From Takakia lepidozioides (lineage: Eukaryota > Plantae > Bryophyta), in assembly GCA_030704615.1 (NCBI GenBank), contig CM060732.1, forward strand, positions 39,246,001 to 39,310,000: a stretch of DNA of 64,000 nt, in the 5' to 3' direction. A model generated the notes under the pieces. It saw only the letters and a program-made list of their open reading frames with translations. It did no database searches and had not been told where the DNA came from. A program made the position numbers and the translations under genes. The number at the start of each line of letters is the position of its first letter. Within the stretch, counting starts at the first letter, position 1. Shown here one piece after another: positions 1 through 13,348 of this stretch.

Positions 1-3000
1 AGAGCAGTACTTCCGGGCGGCCAAGTTGAGTGACGAGGATCGGGTGGAAGTGGCTCCCACCTATTTGAGGGGCTATGCTCAACAATGGTGGCAGAAACGC
101 CTTCACGACCGAGGCCCAAGCCCGGAAACCTTGAACTGGAGTGGGTTCAAGGTTCAAGGAATTGATGAAGAGACAGTTTGTGCCCCTCAACGCATCCTGG
201 CTTGCCCGGGACAAGATGAGGAATTTGAAGCAAAACAGATGACATTCGGGGGTATGTCCAGGCTTTCAATGTGCTGTTGCTCGAAGTCGCGGACATGGCA
301 GAACCAGAAATGGTCTTCAACTTTGTGGCGGGACTGGCCCCATGGGCTAGGCGGAAGTTGGAGGAGAAGCCACCCAAGACTTTGAACGAGGCAATTGAGA
401 GAGCTGAATGTTTCTCGGATGTCCCTAGGGGTGAGAGACAAGGCCGTACGGAGCTGAACCACAAGAAGACCCGGCGGGAAGGTGACTCCTCCGACCGGAA
501 AAGAAGTGGGATAGGCCACGCGGCGAAAATGGCACGTGGAAATCGAAGGGAGGGCCTTCACACGTCAAGGCGGCACCCGGTGCTTCGAAAGGAAAAGCGG
601 GTGGAGCGGCTTATGGCGGACAGAAGGCGACCTTTGATGGAGTGTGTTTCAATTGCGGGGAGCCCGGGCACATGGCCAAGAAGTGCACGAAGCCCCGGCA
701 ATTGAACATGACTCGGGCGACCACGGAGCTGTCGGAGATACCATCAGTCGCTTGGTGGAAGCGGTGGTCGCCAGGACTTGCAAGGTAGGCAACTATTCTT
801 GTGAGTTGTATCAGGAAACTGGCGCCTGCGTAAAGGGAGTCAGTTATTGTTCGTGGATGGGATAATATCCGGAACTAAGTGTCGTTGTTGGTGGACACAG
901 GAGCGTCGCACTCCTTCATGACGCCGGCGGCGGCGCGAAAGTTGGGACTCCCGACAAGTGACGTGGGGGCCTCTATTGAGGTGCGCTCTGCCAAAGGAGA
1001 ACCTCAGTTGGCGACAAGGTTGGCGTTTGATGTTCCTCTTCAACTGGGGAGTTGGGAGGGACGTGAGAACTTCACTATCTGCGAGATCGATGGAGTGGAT
1101 CTCATTTTAGGGATGACCTTTTTGAGCAAATCCGGAGCGGTCATAGATGGCCGCAAGAGAGTAGTCACGCTGCCATGTGGGAATGGTGGCGAGGTTTTAC
1201 GAGTGTCGGAAACGCCCAAATCCGTGGGAGGGCGAAGAATAAACCTTCTGTCAGCAAAGAGTGGGCCGTGGAGGAGGCACACGAGTCCCAGTTTTTGCTA
1301 CATTAGAGAAGTGAAAGGAGAAGGCGATGGGGAGCCGAGCCCAGATTGGATCAAAGGGATTTTGGAGAAATACCAGGATGTGATGCCGGAGGATTTACCA
1401 AGCGGCTTGCCACCGCGAAGAGGAGTTGACCACAAGATTGAGGTGATACCGGGATCGGAACCGCCTGCCAAGGCGCCCTACCGGTTGAGCCACAGAGAGT
1501 GGTCGAGCTGAAGACTCAGCTCAAGGATCTAATGTCAAAGGGGTACATCCGGCCGAGTAAGTCACCTTACGGAGCCCCGGTGCTATTCGCAGACAAGAAG
1601 GATGGGACGCTGCGGATGTGTGTCGATTACAGGGCTCTGAATAAGGTGACTATCAAAAACCGGTACCCTTTGCCAAGGATCGACGACCTCTTCGATCGGT
1701 TGGCAGGAGCGAAGTATTTCAGCCGGATCGACTTGCGCTCGGCTATCATCAAATTCGGGTGGCGGAAGGAGATGAGGAGAAGACCGCGTGCAGGACAAGG
1801 TATGGTTCATATGAGTTCTTGGTGATGCCTTTTGGGCTCACCAATGCACCAGCGACATTTAGCACGCTGATGAACAGCCTTTTCCAGGAGTGGTTGGATG
1901 ACTTTGTGATCGTGTACATCGACGACATCTTGGTGTACTCGAAAACAAAGGAGGAGCACCTGGAGCACCTCAAAAGGGTGTTCCAAAAATTGCGGAAGGG
2001 AAGCTGTATGCCAAAGCTTCAAAGTGCGAATTCGGGGTCACAAAAGTGGAGTTCTTGGGGCATGTGATTACACAGGATGGGATCAAAATGGATGACAGAA
2101 AGGTGAGGGCGATCTTGGACTGGGAGCCTCCGACTTCGGTCCCGGGAGTGCGATCCTTCCTAGGACTCGCCTCCTATTACCGGAAGTATGTGAGAAATTT
2201 CGCCAAGATCGCGGGGCCGCTGTCGGACCTTCTGTGTAAATCCAAAGTCTGGGTATGGAACACATTTTGTGGCCAAGCTTTTGCTGAATTGAAGCAGCGG
2301 ATGGCGGAAGCTCCAGTCTTGAAAATCCCGGAGTTCGATCGTCCGTTTGAGATTCATACAGATGCGTCGGACTTCGCGATTGGGGGGTGTACTTATGCAA
2401 GATGGACGTCCAGTGGCTTACGAAAGTAAGAAACTGAATGAAGTGGAGCGACGGTGGCCGACGCACGAAAAAGAGATGAAGGCGGTGGTGCATTGCCTTG
2501 AACTCTGGCGCCACTATGTTGGTTCCAACCCAGTGAAGGTGTTCACGGACAATGTCACGGTGAAGTATTTTGCCACGCAGCCCAAGTTGTCCCCAAAACA
2601 ACTTAGGTGGCAAGATACTTTGGCAGTGTTCGACGTGGATATCCAGTACAAACCGGGACGGGACAATGTGGTGGCCGATGCTTTAAGTAGAAAGCAGCAG
2701 CTCTTGTTGGTGTACAAGGGCGAGACGGCGCTCCAAAGGAAGATCCGGAAGGCTTGCCGGAAGGATGAGCTGGCAAAGTCCGTGATGCAGGACTTGAGAA
2801 TGGGGGTTAAATCGCAGTTCCACTTGCAAAACGGACTGCTCCGGTATAAGCAAAAACGTCTCTATGTGCCAAAGGGAGGGATCAGAGATAGCCTCTTGAG
2901 AGAATGCCATGATAGCCCGCTTGCGGGCCACGGCGGAGCCAAGCGCACTGCGGCACTCTTGAAGAAAGAGTATTTCTGGCCCAAACTGAGGGAGGAGGCA

Positions 3001-4184
3001 GAGGAGTATGTCAAGACATGCACCACATGCCAACAAAACCGGAGCGAGTACAAAAAGCAAGCGGGGCTGTTACAACCCTTGCCGATTCCAGAGGGGACTT
3101 GGGAAAGCGTCTCGATGGATTTCATGACTGCTATGCCGCTGTCAAAAGGATTCGATGCAATCATGGTGGTGGTGGATAGGTTCAGTAAAATGGGCCATTT
3201 CATCCCCACCAAGGAGACGGCAACGGCACAGGAGACAGGGCGACTCTACTTCGCCCACGTCTTAAAGCATCATGGAGTCCCGAAGGATATTGTCTCGGAT
3301 CGCGATCCAAAGTTTACGAGTAAATTTTGGAGGACACTTTGGAAGAAGATGGGGACGAGGCTGAAGATGAGCACCGCCTTCCGACCTACGACGGACGGCC
3401 AAACGGAAAGAGTAAATTCCGTAGTGAGCAGCAATTCTTGCGGAATTACGTGTCGGCAGACCAATCAGACTGGATGGAACACTTAGACGCGGCAGAGTTC
3501 TGTTATAATAACACAGAACACTCCGCAACGGGAGTTTCCCCTTTCGTATTGGTCTATGGAAAAGCACCTCTAGTGCCGACAAGTTGGGCCGCCCAGGATG
3601 TTGAGGAACCGGCAGTAGCAGTAGTACTGGAAGAACGCGAGCGTTTGTTGAAGCTTGCAAAGTACAACATTGCCAAAGCTAGGAAACGGTATGAAAGGCA
3701 GGCGAATCGGAAGCGGAGGGAAGTGAAGTTTGAGGCAGGCACAGAGGTCTGGTTGAACATCAAGAATTTCCGACTACCTCCGGAAGTGAGTCCGAAGTTC
3801 GTACCTCCGTATGCGGGTCCCTTTCGCATTCGGAAGGTTATGAATGAGGATGTGTATGAATTGGAGCTGCCGGCAAACAGCAAGGTGCACCCAGTATTCC
3901 ATGTCTCCCTTTTGAAGCCTTACTTCAAAGATGAAGCACGTCCGAATCGGCATCAAGTGTTGCGTCCGCCACCTATGCTGTTGGATCATGAAAATGAACC
4001 TGAGTACGAGGTGGAGGCAATACTTAAGTCGAGGAGATTCAAGAACCGAGAAACGGAGTATCTCGTCAAATGGAAGGGCTATCATCTTGTGGAGGCATCT
4101 TGGGTGCGTGCCTCAGAAATGGGAAACGCATCCGAGGCAGTTGCAGCGTTCGAAGGACGACCTCAAAAGCGGAAGAAACGTTGA
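1..4184 (+). mobile_element. Ty3/Gypsy chromovirus gag-pol (gag, protease, RT, RNase H, integrase, chromodomain), frameshifted and cut off at the window start
   Basis: Zinc knuckle CFNCGEPGHMAKKC at ~645-686, protease [29 protein letters not shown], RNase H TDASD and YESKKL, integrase H..H..C..C with VVVDRFSK and SDRD, and chromodomain EYEVEAIL...YLVKWKGY...SW. The reading frame is split over several ORFs. Confidence 0.95.
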
Positions 4185-4199
4185 TGGGGACATCAACCT

Positions 4200-4219
4200 T
4201 GGAGTGTGGGGGAGGAAAA
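4200..4219 (+). other. Polypurine tract of the chromovirus
   Basis: GGAGTGTGGGGGAGGAAAA lies just after the pol stop and directly before TGCATG. Confidence 0.75.
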
Positions 4220-5905
4220 TGCATGCTTAGCCCGGTTTAGCTAGCTCAGGAATCCGATTGCAAAAACTTGTATTGTACAAAAATTGTTATAAAAGAAATG
4301 GGTTCCAATATTGTGCGTCCTATTGTGTTTGGAATGGTGATGCATGGTGCGGTTGGCTAGTGTGTAGAATGCATGCTAGCTTACAAAAGTGGGAGAGGTA
4401 AATTGGGTTAATCGTGTGTTTGCGCAGTGCCGAAATCGGGGTGACTCCCATCCAAGGGGCAAGGAAAACTTGCGCCTTATTTGGGAGTTCACGTGCTAGT
4501 GCGCACCTGGCGCGTGCGCGTACTATAACTGCGCTACCGAGGGGGTTGCCTTGTAGTGCGGGCTAACGCGGAAGCTACGTGCTTCCGTTCACGTACTATA
4601 ATCGTGTAGCCTCGGGACGAAGTCGTAGTGCGGCTTCGGCGTGTTCCCGTACCTCAGGCCAGCATTCCAAGGCGGACCCAATTGTAGTGAGTGGGGCGCA
4701 CGGTTGGTTCAAGGTTATCTTCCTAGTCAAAGAGGGTTCCAGGTGAACCCTTGCTCAAGGTGATGCCAAAAGCGGCATCATGAGCGATCGCAAGCAATGT
4801 TATTGCAGTAAGGCGATTCGATCCTCGAGGAGGATCGTTCCTTGGCCTTGAAGTAGGCCAAGAAGAGTGCACTGGGAGGAGCTGGAGAGGCTCCACCCTT
4901 GGCCGGGACTTGGAGGAAGTCGGTCAAACTAGCTAGTGGAGAGTAGAGTCAAGTGTGGGGTTTGGTTCTTTGCCATGGGACGCCATGGTACGGAAACAAA
5001 CTCCTTGATGTGGGACGCCACAACTTGGATGTTCGTTTCTACAAAATGGACAAGTCGATGAGGACATCGACTCCCTGTTGGTAGGGGTGTGTGTCGCGGC
5101 CCTTTGCCTTGAGGGCGGGGGTCGGGACACATGAGGGGCTGCCCCTGTGGTGGGGGCAGCGGCAGCAATAGGTATGGGGGGGCTGAAGCACCCTTGAGTG
5201 TCCAAGGTACTCAAGGAGGCGGAGGCGCTCACTAGGTGGAGCCCTGCACACCGGGTTGCGGTGGGGGTGGCTCCACAAGGGGTGGTGGTAGCTTAGCGGG
5301 TCTTAGTGGGGGTGGCATAGAACTCACCATAAGGTGGAGACCTCGTGGTGGGAGTCGTGGGGAGTCTTGGGACTCATCACGGCCCAATGGGGTCGTGGTG
5401 AGAGGGCCAAGACTCACCGCGACTCACCACCGGGAGTCGAGGGTCTTCGTGGTGGTTCGCCATAAAATGGCATGGATGGTTGTGAAACCCCCGCGGACAG
5501 CTACAGAAGTATATATAGGGAGTAGTAACCCCGAGAACGGTGCAAGCCCGTTGGTAACCAAAAACTAGTGAGTAAGCGTGCGAGCCGGAAAGCGACCAAA
5601 GAGTGGGGAGCTGTTCCGGACTGCCATCTACCAAAGGGAATTCCACTAGGCCCAAATAGGTGGAGGGTCTTTCGGGAGAGCGAAGGGGGACCGTTATGTC
5701 CCGGTGAGCAGCCGAAGCTCCAAGTTGGCCCGGCGGCCGGTTGGGAGTCAGGCGCGCGCATCAAAGCGAGTAACTATGACTTGAGGGGGAGCTTACCGAA
5801 GTGAGGTGCGCGACATATTGGGACCATTTTGGGACCATGGCGTGTACTTGTGTGATTCATAATGAGGGGTGCACCGGCAGGAGGGAGGACAACTTAGCAA
5901 ATGCA
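4220..5905 (+). repeat. 3' LTR of the chromovirus (~1.7 kb)
   Basis: Begins TGCATGCTTAG after the PPT and ends TTAGCAAATGCA, an imperfect terminal inverted repeat. A TATA-like GTATATATAGG is at ~5509. The 5' LTR is outside the window. Confidence 0.65.
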
Positions 5906-6131
5906 TGCCTTAGGGGGGTTATAGAGAGGAATGATGGAGGGATGGTCTCCTTCCAGGAAATCATGGCATAGCCCACAGGGGGGATCACAAAATACTAAAA
6001 TGAGAACAGAAGGGGTTATAGGGTTCGGGGTTCATCTCCTGTGATTTCTTGTTATTAGTTTCAGTAAAATGTTTCACCTATTTTCAAAACAAAAAAATAC
6101 TTACATTGCACATTTTCGTCTCTGTGTGCAG

Positions 6132-8191
6132 TCACGCCATGTATACTCTTATGGTCTTCGACATTTGGCTAAACGACATCCCTGTTGCATACATAATATA
6201 TTCAAGAAACAATGCCAACGATTTGTCAAGTTGGATGTTGGCTCTTCGTCAAAGGCTCCAGGCCGATCAGCCGGATTGGCGTCCCAACGCATTCATTGTG
6301 GACGATGCTCATGCTGAGATTAACGCCATTCGGTTTGTTCTCAATCCCTCCCCCCTACCAATGAACTTCCATTGCCTTGCCTGCTTCTGCACGAGGGGAG
6401 CACTGAGAGGGGAACAGTCACAATGTTTCCTGCCGGGGGACAGTGTAGAGAGGACCAAGAGTGTAGGGTTGCATGGGGGATCAGTGAAAGGGGATCGATT
6501 ATGGGATCAGTGATCAGGGGACCAGGAGACTCAGGGTATCAGGGGATCAGGAGCAGCAGATCTCAGATCCGACAATCATCGAGGGTCCAGGAATCCAAGG
6601 TTGCATGGGGCGATCAGTGAAAGGGGATCAATTATGGGATCAGTGATCAGGGACTTCGGACACTCAGGGTACCAGGGGATCAAGACCAGACAGATCTTTG
6701 ATCCGACAATGTGATTTGTATCAGCCTTTCATTGGCCATAGGAGGGCTCATGTATTCCCCTTTCATTGCCTTCATTGGATCTGCATGAGGGGTTCAGTCA
6801 AAAGGGATCGGGGGATCACGAGCAGGGGAGCACTTATCAGAGATTCGTACTTGTATCTGATTTTGTGGTGGTCCTGTTGTGGTATTGTAGTGGCCTTGCT
6901 AATGCCGTTTTGTGGATGGGTCAGGCATACGTTCCCAGGGGTGCCGGTTTTCCTTTGCCTTTGGCATGTTCGAAGGGCCTGGCTGAGGAATGCCATCGGG
7001 AAGATCAAGGATGCCCAGTTAAGAGCTGATGTCTTGCAAGGTATGGGGGACATCATGTACAATAAAGGTGGTCCCATTGGTGACTCTTCGCAGGCCTGGG
7101 CTGTGTTTAAATTGTATGAGTTACAAACAAAGTATCCCGCAACTAAACTGTTCTTCTTGTATATCCACAAATGGTGGATCCCGTAAGTGGACATGTGGGT
7201 TGTTAGAGCTCGAAATATCCCACATGTCGGACAAGATACGAATGCTGGAATTGAAACGTACCATGCGAACCTGAAGAGGCGCTTGTCCCAAACAAGACAG
7301 AAAATGGACGGGCGTCGACTGGATTGGTTGGTCTATATCCTAACAGGTAGCCTCCTCACACACTATTGGTACATTTCGACCTTGAAAGCTGAAGGGTTCA
7401 TTTGCAACTCTAGGATGGAACATTTCGTGCAAAATGCGGTGTGGATGGTTGGGCAGATACCGGAATCCAACATGGAATTGCCCGAGCACACGGGGGATCC
7501 TGTGAAGGTAAAAAGCATGTCTTCTCCAGGCACTGTATACACTATATGCAATCGATCATCCGAGTGGGCTTGTTGTGACTGCCCTAACGCCATGGAAGGG
7601 AACCTATGCAAGTACCAAGTGAAGGTGTTCAAGATGTTGCGGCATGTACTAGAAGGTTTAATTGTCCGAACTTGTGGAACACGACTTGGGACACTCAATG
7701 GGGGCATGGCCAAGCTGCTCGACCTTGATCCCCTGTCCGTTGCGGAACCCCCATGTGACACAGATCCCATGTGTGGCATTGATCCCCCTGTACCAGACAC
7801 GGTTCCGGCTGGCAATGTCTTGGGGGAGCAGCAGCCCCGCAATGAATCGCAGGCAACTGTCATGAAGGCCATCGCAAAGGAGATGCTCGGTTTGGAAGTC
7901 TGTGTGAAAGGTAACATGGCCCTTCAGAACCATCTTTTGAGTGATCTTCATGTCACGAGAGGAAAACTAGCGCAAATGGCCACACGCATGGTTGCGGGTC
8001 TTCTCCACCCACATCTTGTAAGAAGGTTTGAACGTGTTCAGGATGGATCGGGAATGAGTTTGAAGAGAAGAAAGGATTGGGTAGAGGTTTCTATGTCACG
8101 TCTAGGATCGAAAAGAGTCTCAGCAATCCCTCCATCTTCGTCTATTTTGCATGCACTTCATCAAGTTGGGCGTCCCAGATTGAAGGGTTGA
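6132..8191 (+). pseudogene. MULE/MuDR-type transposase with SWIM zinc finger, spliced (exons ~6132-6332 and 6925-8191), with a premature stop
   Basis: FIVDDAHAEINAIR joins HTFPGVPVFLCLWHVRRAW in frame across a GT-AG intron at 6333-6924. Also DTNAGIETYHANLK, SWIM CDCPNAMEGNLCKY (final His replaced by Tyr) and an in-frame TAA at 7184-7186. Confidence 0.75.
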
Positions 8192-8593
8192 GAGCAATCA
8201 GGTTTATGCTCTCGTGCTCCAATTCAGATTGCTAATTTCCCTGGGATTGCATTCTCATCGAAACATTTGGTATCAAACAATTTCTCGTTATTCAAAATGG
8301 CTGAAGCTATGTTCAGTGACGCATGTGTTCTGTGATTCACAATGGAATGAAGGAGATGTGGATGATTATCCACCTTTTATTGCAATTGAGTCTGTATGCA
8401 TGCATTTGCATTGATGTGCAAAACACAAATTTCAGATTTGACGGGCAAATTTCAGATTTTGCTTTGGAGTTTATTTTCAGTTTTTGTTACATGCTTATGC
8501 ACCACTCGTATATGCAAGGGACGTGACCTTTCATAGTGCAAAACACGGACATGACTTTTCACAACTTGCCCTTTCACATGCGACTTTTCACCT

Positions 8594-9112
8594 GTGATCC
8601 CCCGATCCCCTGATTCGAAACCTGTAGTCCCTCATCCCCTCACCCCGTGGTCCCCTCATCCCCTCATCCCCCGTCCAGCTCCCGACATTCCCTCCCTGAT
8701 CCCCTCATCTCCCGCCCTGTTCCCCTGGTTCCCTGATCCCGTGGTCTCCCCGCCCGCTCCCCTCGTTCCCTCATCCCCTGATCTCCCCACCCTGATCCCC
8801 CGATCTCTCGGCCGGTTCCCCTGCTTCCCTGATCCCCTGATCTCCCCAACCATTCCCCTGGTTCCTTGGTTCCCTGATCCCCTGATTTGCCCGGCCGTTC
8901 CCCTGGTTCCCTGATCCCCTGATCTCTCCCGCCCATTCCGCTGCTTCCCTGATCCCCGCTAACCCCTTATACAATCCCTTGTCTTCTTCATCCCCTCATC
9001 CCCCGACCGCCTGAACCTGAGCCCTTTGATCCCGCGATCCCACTGATCCCCCTGAACGCCTTCCAGGCTTCCTTATCTCCCTCATCCCCCGTTCCCCTGG
9101 CTAAGTCATCCC
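8594..9112 (+). repeat. Degenerate CCCTGATCCCC/CCCTCATCCCC minisatellite
   Basis: Many imperfect copies of ccctgatcccc. The reverse-complement motif (ggggatcagg) recurs at ~6470-6840. Confidence 0.8.
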
Positions 9113-10140
9113 CTATGGGGATCGACGGTTCGGGGGGCCGACGTTTTGGGCGGTATTGTGGGGCGTCACGTGGCCAGCGGTGGGGCGGGGGTTAGGGGTC
9201 CCGGGCGGGGGCGGGCGGGCGGACGGGCGTCGGGGGGTGAGCGGGGCGAGGGAGCAGCGGGCAGGCGGGGGCGGGGCAGCGGGCAGAGGGGTCGGAGGGG
9301 GGTGGAGATGATTTGACATGGGGCATCCAGCTCGCCGACGAGGGTGCCGGAGTGGGGGTTCCCCGGCTATACCTCGCAGGCCGTACTTGTCAGCTCACAC
9401 GCTTGCCATAAAATCAAGCCACATCCATATTGGAACCGTAGAAGATGAAGAAGACTATGGCCAAAGTCGGCCACCTAACTAAGAGCCACTTCGCTACGCC
9501 CCCTTTCGAGGGTGGGCCCTATATTGGGAGGTTGGGTAGCGAGTGAGCACAAATATACTGCATATTCCTAAGATGCCTTTTAAATATTCTTGAATGAAAC
9601 GAAAATTGAGAAACTAAAACATTTGCGAAATTATTTTTAACTGCTTATATAAGCCCTCACAGCAACACTTAAGAAACATGATAAATATGTTAGCCTATAG
9701 GCGTGGGATTTCCTCACGCTATGCTCACCCGATACTAGGCCCTTTCCACGATAGACTTGAGAAAAGGGCGCTGAGCCATGGATAAACTCTCACTCCCGAT
9801 TAATTTTAATATTTCAATGCGAAATTGAAAGATAGATCATATAGTTTATCGTTTTGATGCAACTGCACCCTATAAATGCACCGTGCCATCAATGCCCCCC
9901 TACCTACTTCCCCTTCCCTAGAACTAACCATTCGCTTCGTTGAATTCACATACTCTCATGACCGATACCGACCCCCCTCCACCCTAGAGAAACGACAAAA
10001 ATAGACCCCCCTCCACCCTAGAGAAACGACAAAAATATGCCCCCCTCATCCTCGCCATCCGCTAGCGTGGGTGGCTCACCAGCCCCCTATCAGTTATCAC
10101 AACCGGTACTAGAGGTGGAATTCATACCGCAAGTATAAAC

Positions 10141-10846
10141 CAATGTTGGGCGGGTATGACAATTTGGGCATATTGAAGGGTCCGGGTACGGCATCTTTGC
10201 TTAAAGCGGTATGGAGGCGGTTATATATAATGTAGGGGTTTGGAAATTGTGGCGGTTACAGGTTATCAATAGAAGGGTCCCAAAAGAAAAAAAGTTCCCG
10301 GTTATCAATATGACATTATCCAAGTGGAACACCACTGACCTCCCATACAACGGTTATCAATATAACCTGATTTCCAGTTATGATATATTAAGATTTTAAG
10401 AGAACCATAAAGAAAGAAAAAAGCAAAACAATTGAAGAGTCACAATTAGGAGGACCAGAAAAGGAGAAAAGAAAAAAAAAAAAAAGAAAAAGATGGGAGC
10501 AACTCCATCATTATGAGCTGAAAAATATATATATCTATATGAGCTTTGACGGTTTTGGGTTTTCCTTCCAAAAGCCTTTGACTAATAGTCCTCTCAAGAC
10601 TCAAATGCGGACCCTATGAGGATGCATAATTACTACCCATGAATGCACCTTGGTTCTAGTAAAATCTCAAGGTTTTGTTCAAAAGTTGCTACCCGCCTCA
10701 AGGTCCAGACCACAACCCCTTGATAAAATTTATGGATTTGCAGGCTAGCATATCTTCATAGTTTGGGTGGCGGGTCTCAATAGTATAGTACCCTGACTAT
10801 TACCCGGCCGGGTATATATGTCGACATATATACTCGCCCAACACTG
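10141..10846. mobile_element. Non-autonomous hAT-type element 1
   Basis: TIRs CAATGTTGGGCGGGTAT / ATACTCGCCCAACACTG (15/17 match), with the 8-bp TSD GTATAAAC on both sides. Confidence 0.85.
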
Positions 10847-10854
10847 GTATAAAC

Positions 10855-11335
10855 CAGTATTGGGCGGATCTTAGTTTGTTTTAGTATCCACCGGGTCCGG
10901 ATACTTGACAAATTAGAGAATGATATATCCTGCGGATCTGGACATTAGAATAATTTGCATTTTTAATATCCGCCGGTTATGCATAGTGGAAGTTTTAAAA
11001 AAATCTGTTGGATATAAATAAGTCCGAGTATTTAGATTTTAATATCCGACGGTTATAGATTAATCCGAATATAAATAATCATGATATATATATATATATA
11101 TATGGGGATTGTAGCCCTAATCTAACTTTATCGAGATTTATTCGCAATTGTTTTTAAATTTTTATTTAATCATTTTAAATTATTAAAATTCTAATAACAT
11201 ATTAATAATAATAATTTATTTTCTTGTATCCGGTTGAGACCCGGTATTTTGGCTACATATCCGGATATCAAATAGTTGCCGGATCCGGATCCGGATACCT
11301 ACTATTGATATCCTGATGACTCTATATCCGCCCTG
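10855..11335. mobile_element. Non-autonomous hAT-type element 2
   Basis: Left end CAGTATTGGGCGGAT; right end ATCCGCCCTG (TIR with an internal deletion). Subterminal ATCCG/CGGAT repeats; flanked by GTATAAAC. Confidence 0.75.
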
Positions 11336-11343
11336 GTATAAAC

Positions 11344-13317
11344 CAATGTTGTGCGGGTACCCGCTTAGTCGGGTTGAAACCAGCGGTTCTGGTTCCGGTT
11401 CCTGGAACCATACTGGAACCGGAACCGGAACCGGGGGAGCAGGGACGAGCCGGTTCTAGAACCGGAACCGGCGGGTGCGAGTTTTTCCAGGAACCGGGGG
11501 GGGGGGGTCGGTGGCGGTTCCGGATCCGGTTCCCGCACTAGGGTCTTTTATTTATTTTTTCCGTCCGCGATCTGTCGTCTCTCACGCGCGATCTGCTGCA
11601 GTAGCACCACTTCAACGCGGGGGAGGGAGCAGTGCAGAGCAGCGCGGGAGGAGGGATCAGATCAGCGCACCAGTACGTGGGGGAGGGAGCAGCGCGGGAA
11701 GAGGGATCTGATCTGCCCTTGCTTTAATATTTGGCTCTACTTGTGGGATTGGGTATTTACTATTTACTGTCATAAGACCAGCCCCTATTTAATGTCATAA
11801 AACTAGCCCCCCTATTTGCAGTGTTGTGCAGTTTATTATGCTCTTACATTGGTATAATTATATTACAAATTTGCATTGTATGAATGTTTAAGCGTGAATT
11901 TGGTTGGATTGGGATTAATTTGGTTCAGGGAGTGTATCCAGCCATTTGCAACATATGGAGCCCAATATCTTTGAAGAACTGGAGAGAGGTGTTGTTCATG
12001 ACACCAATGTCAACAATGCGGGAGCTATGGAAGCTTGTCATACGCTTGGAGGAGCTATATGTGCATCGTCTTCTTCATCAATTCCTCTCACTTCAGTAGT
12101 CGGTGGATCTTCCACAATATCACAGTATTCAAGCAGCTCAATGTCCGAGAAAGAGCAGTTTTCCACCCTACGCAAGCAACGTGATTTTTGGAAACCTTAC
12201 AATCGCGCTTCGTCATGGGCATTTTATGCAGTTCCCAACGCGGGTCCAGTAGATGCAATACACCCACAGTATATGAGGTGTATATTTTGTCATCCCGCTC
12301 TTCTGTTTGAAAAGATACGAGGATATATGACTAACAACAAAGACCATGGAAACTCTGTTATTTACAAACATGTGAATCAGAAACATGGGGCTTTGGTTAG
12401 TAAATGGATTGAAATGGAAAAAGATGGGCTGGATGCTCGTAGACGAGGGCAACAAAGGTGTGAGCAGAACCCGTGAGCAGATTCCCTTATCCGTGAGCAA
12501 ATTAGTGATGCGGACCCTAAAAGCGAGGGATCAAGTGCGCCTATTGCCGTGGACACAAACTCCACTGCAACGACGCGATCTTCTATCCATCGGACCGAAG
12601 ACAGACAGGCTCCATGACGACAATGTGGCACGAATGTGCGATGAAAAACTAAAGGATAAATGTATCTGTGATGAACGTAAAAGGGAATAGATGAACATTG
12701 GATGAACGTTGGATGAGTGTCGGATGAAAAATTGCACAGTGAACCATGGATGACTGCAATAACATGTATCATTACCGATCAGCATGCGCGCAGGGATTCA
12801 TGTGTTGTCGAGTTTAAATAAGTATATTTTAATTTGGCGGAAGCTTAATTCCGGCCTAGAAGACTCTAGAAGACTAGCCAGATCAAGCTGGCGTCAACGC
12901 CACCTTCATCTGGCACATTCAGAGGGGAAAAACAAAAATTTTATTTATTTATTTATTTTATTTTTATTCTTGGAAAACTTGCAAATGAACCCAGCCCTTG
13001 CTTTGCAACAAAAGACCTGGCGTTTACCCAGCATGGATTTCTGGTCACCTGGAAGAAGGACATTACAACGAATCATAAGCCGAGTAATTTATAGATGCCA
13101 TTCACCCCAAATAGCACACCAAAAGACTAGCCAGATTAAGGTTGACGACACCTTAATCTGGCACATTCGGGGAAAAATAAAATAAAAATATATATTTAAA
13201 AAATGTTTTTTTTTTTTTTTTTTTTTTTTTTGGAAAACTTGCAAATGAACCCAACCCCTGCTTTGCAAGCAAAAGACCTGACGACACCTTAATCTGGCAC
13301 ATTCGGAGAAAAAAAAT

Positions 13318-13348
<31 letters not shown>

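Noticed and set aside
4220-5905. ORFs of 60-110 aa in the track
   Set aside because: They lie in GC-rich LTR sequence and show no recognisable protein motifs.
8594-8974. Pro-rich and Gly/Arg-rich ORFs
   Set aside because: These are translation artefacts of the CCCTGATCCCC minisatellite.
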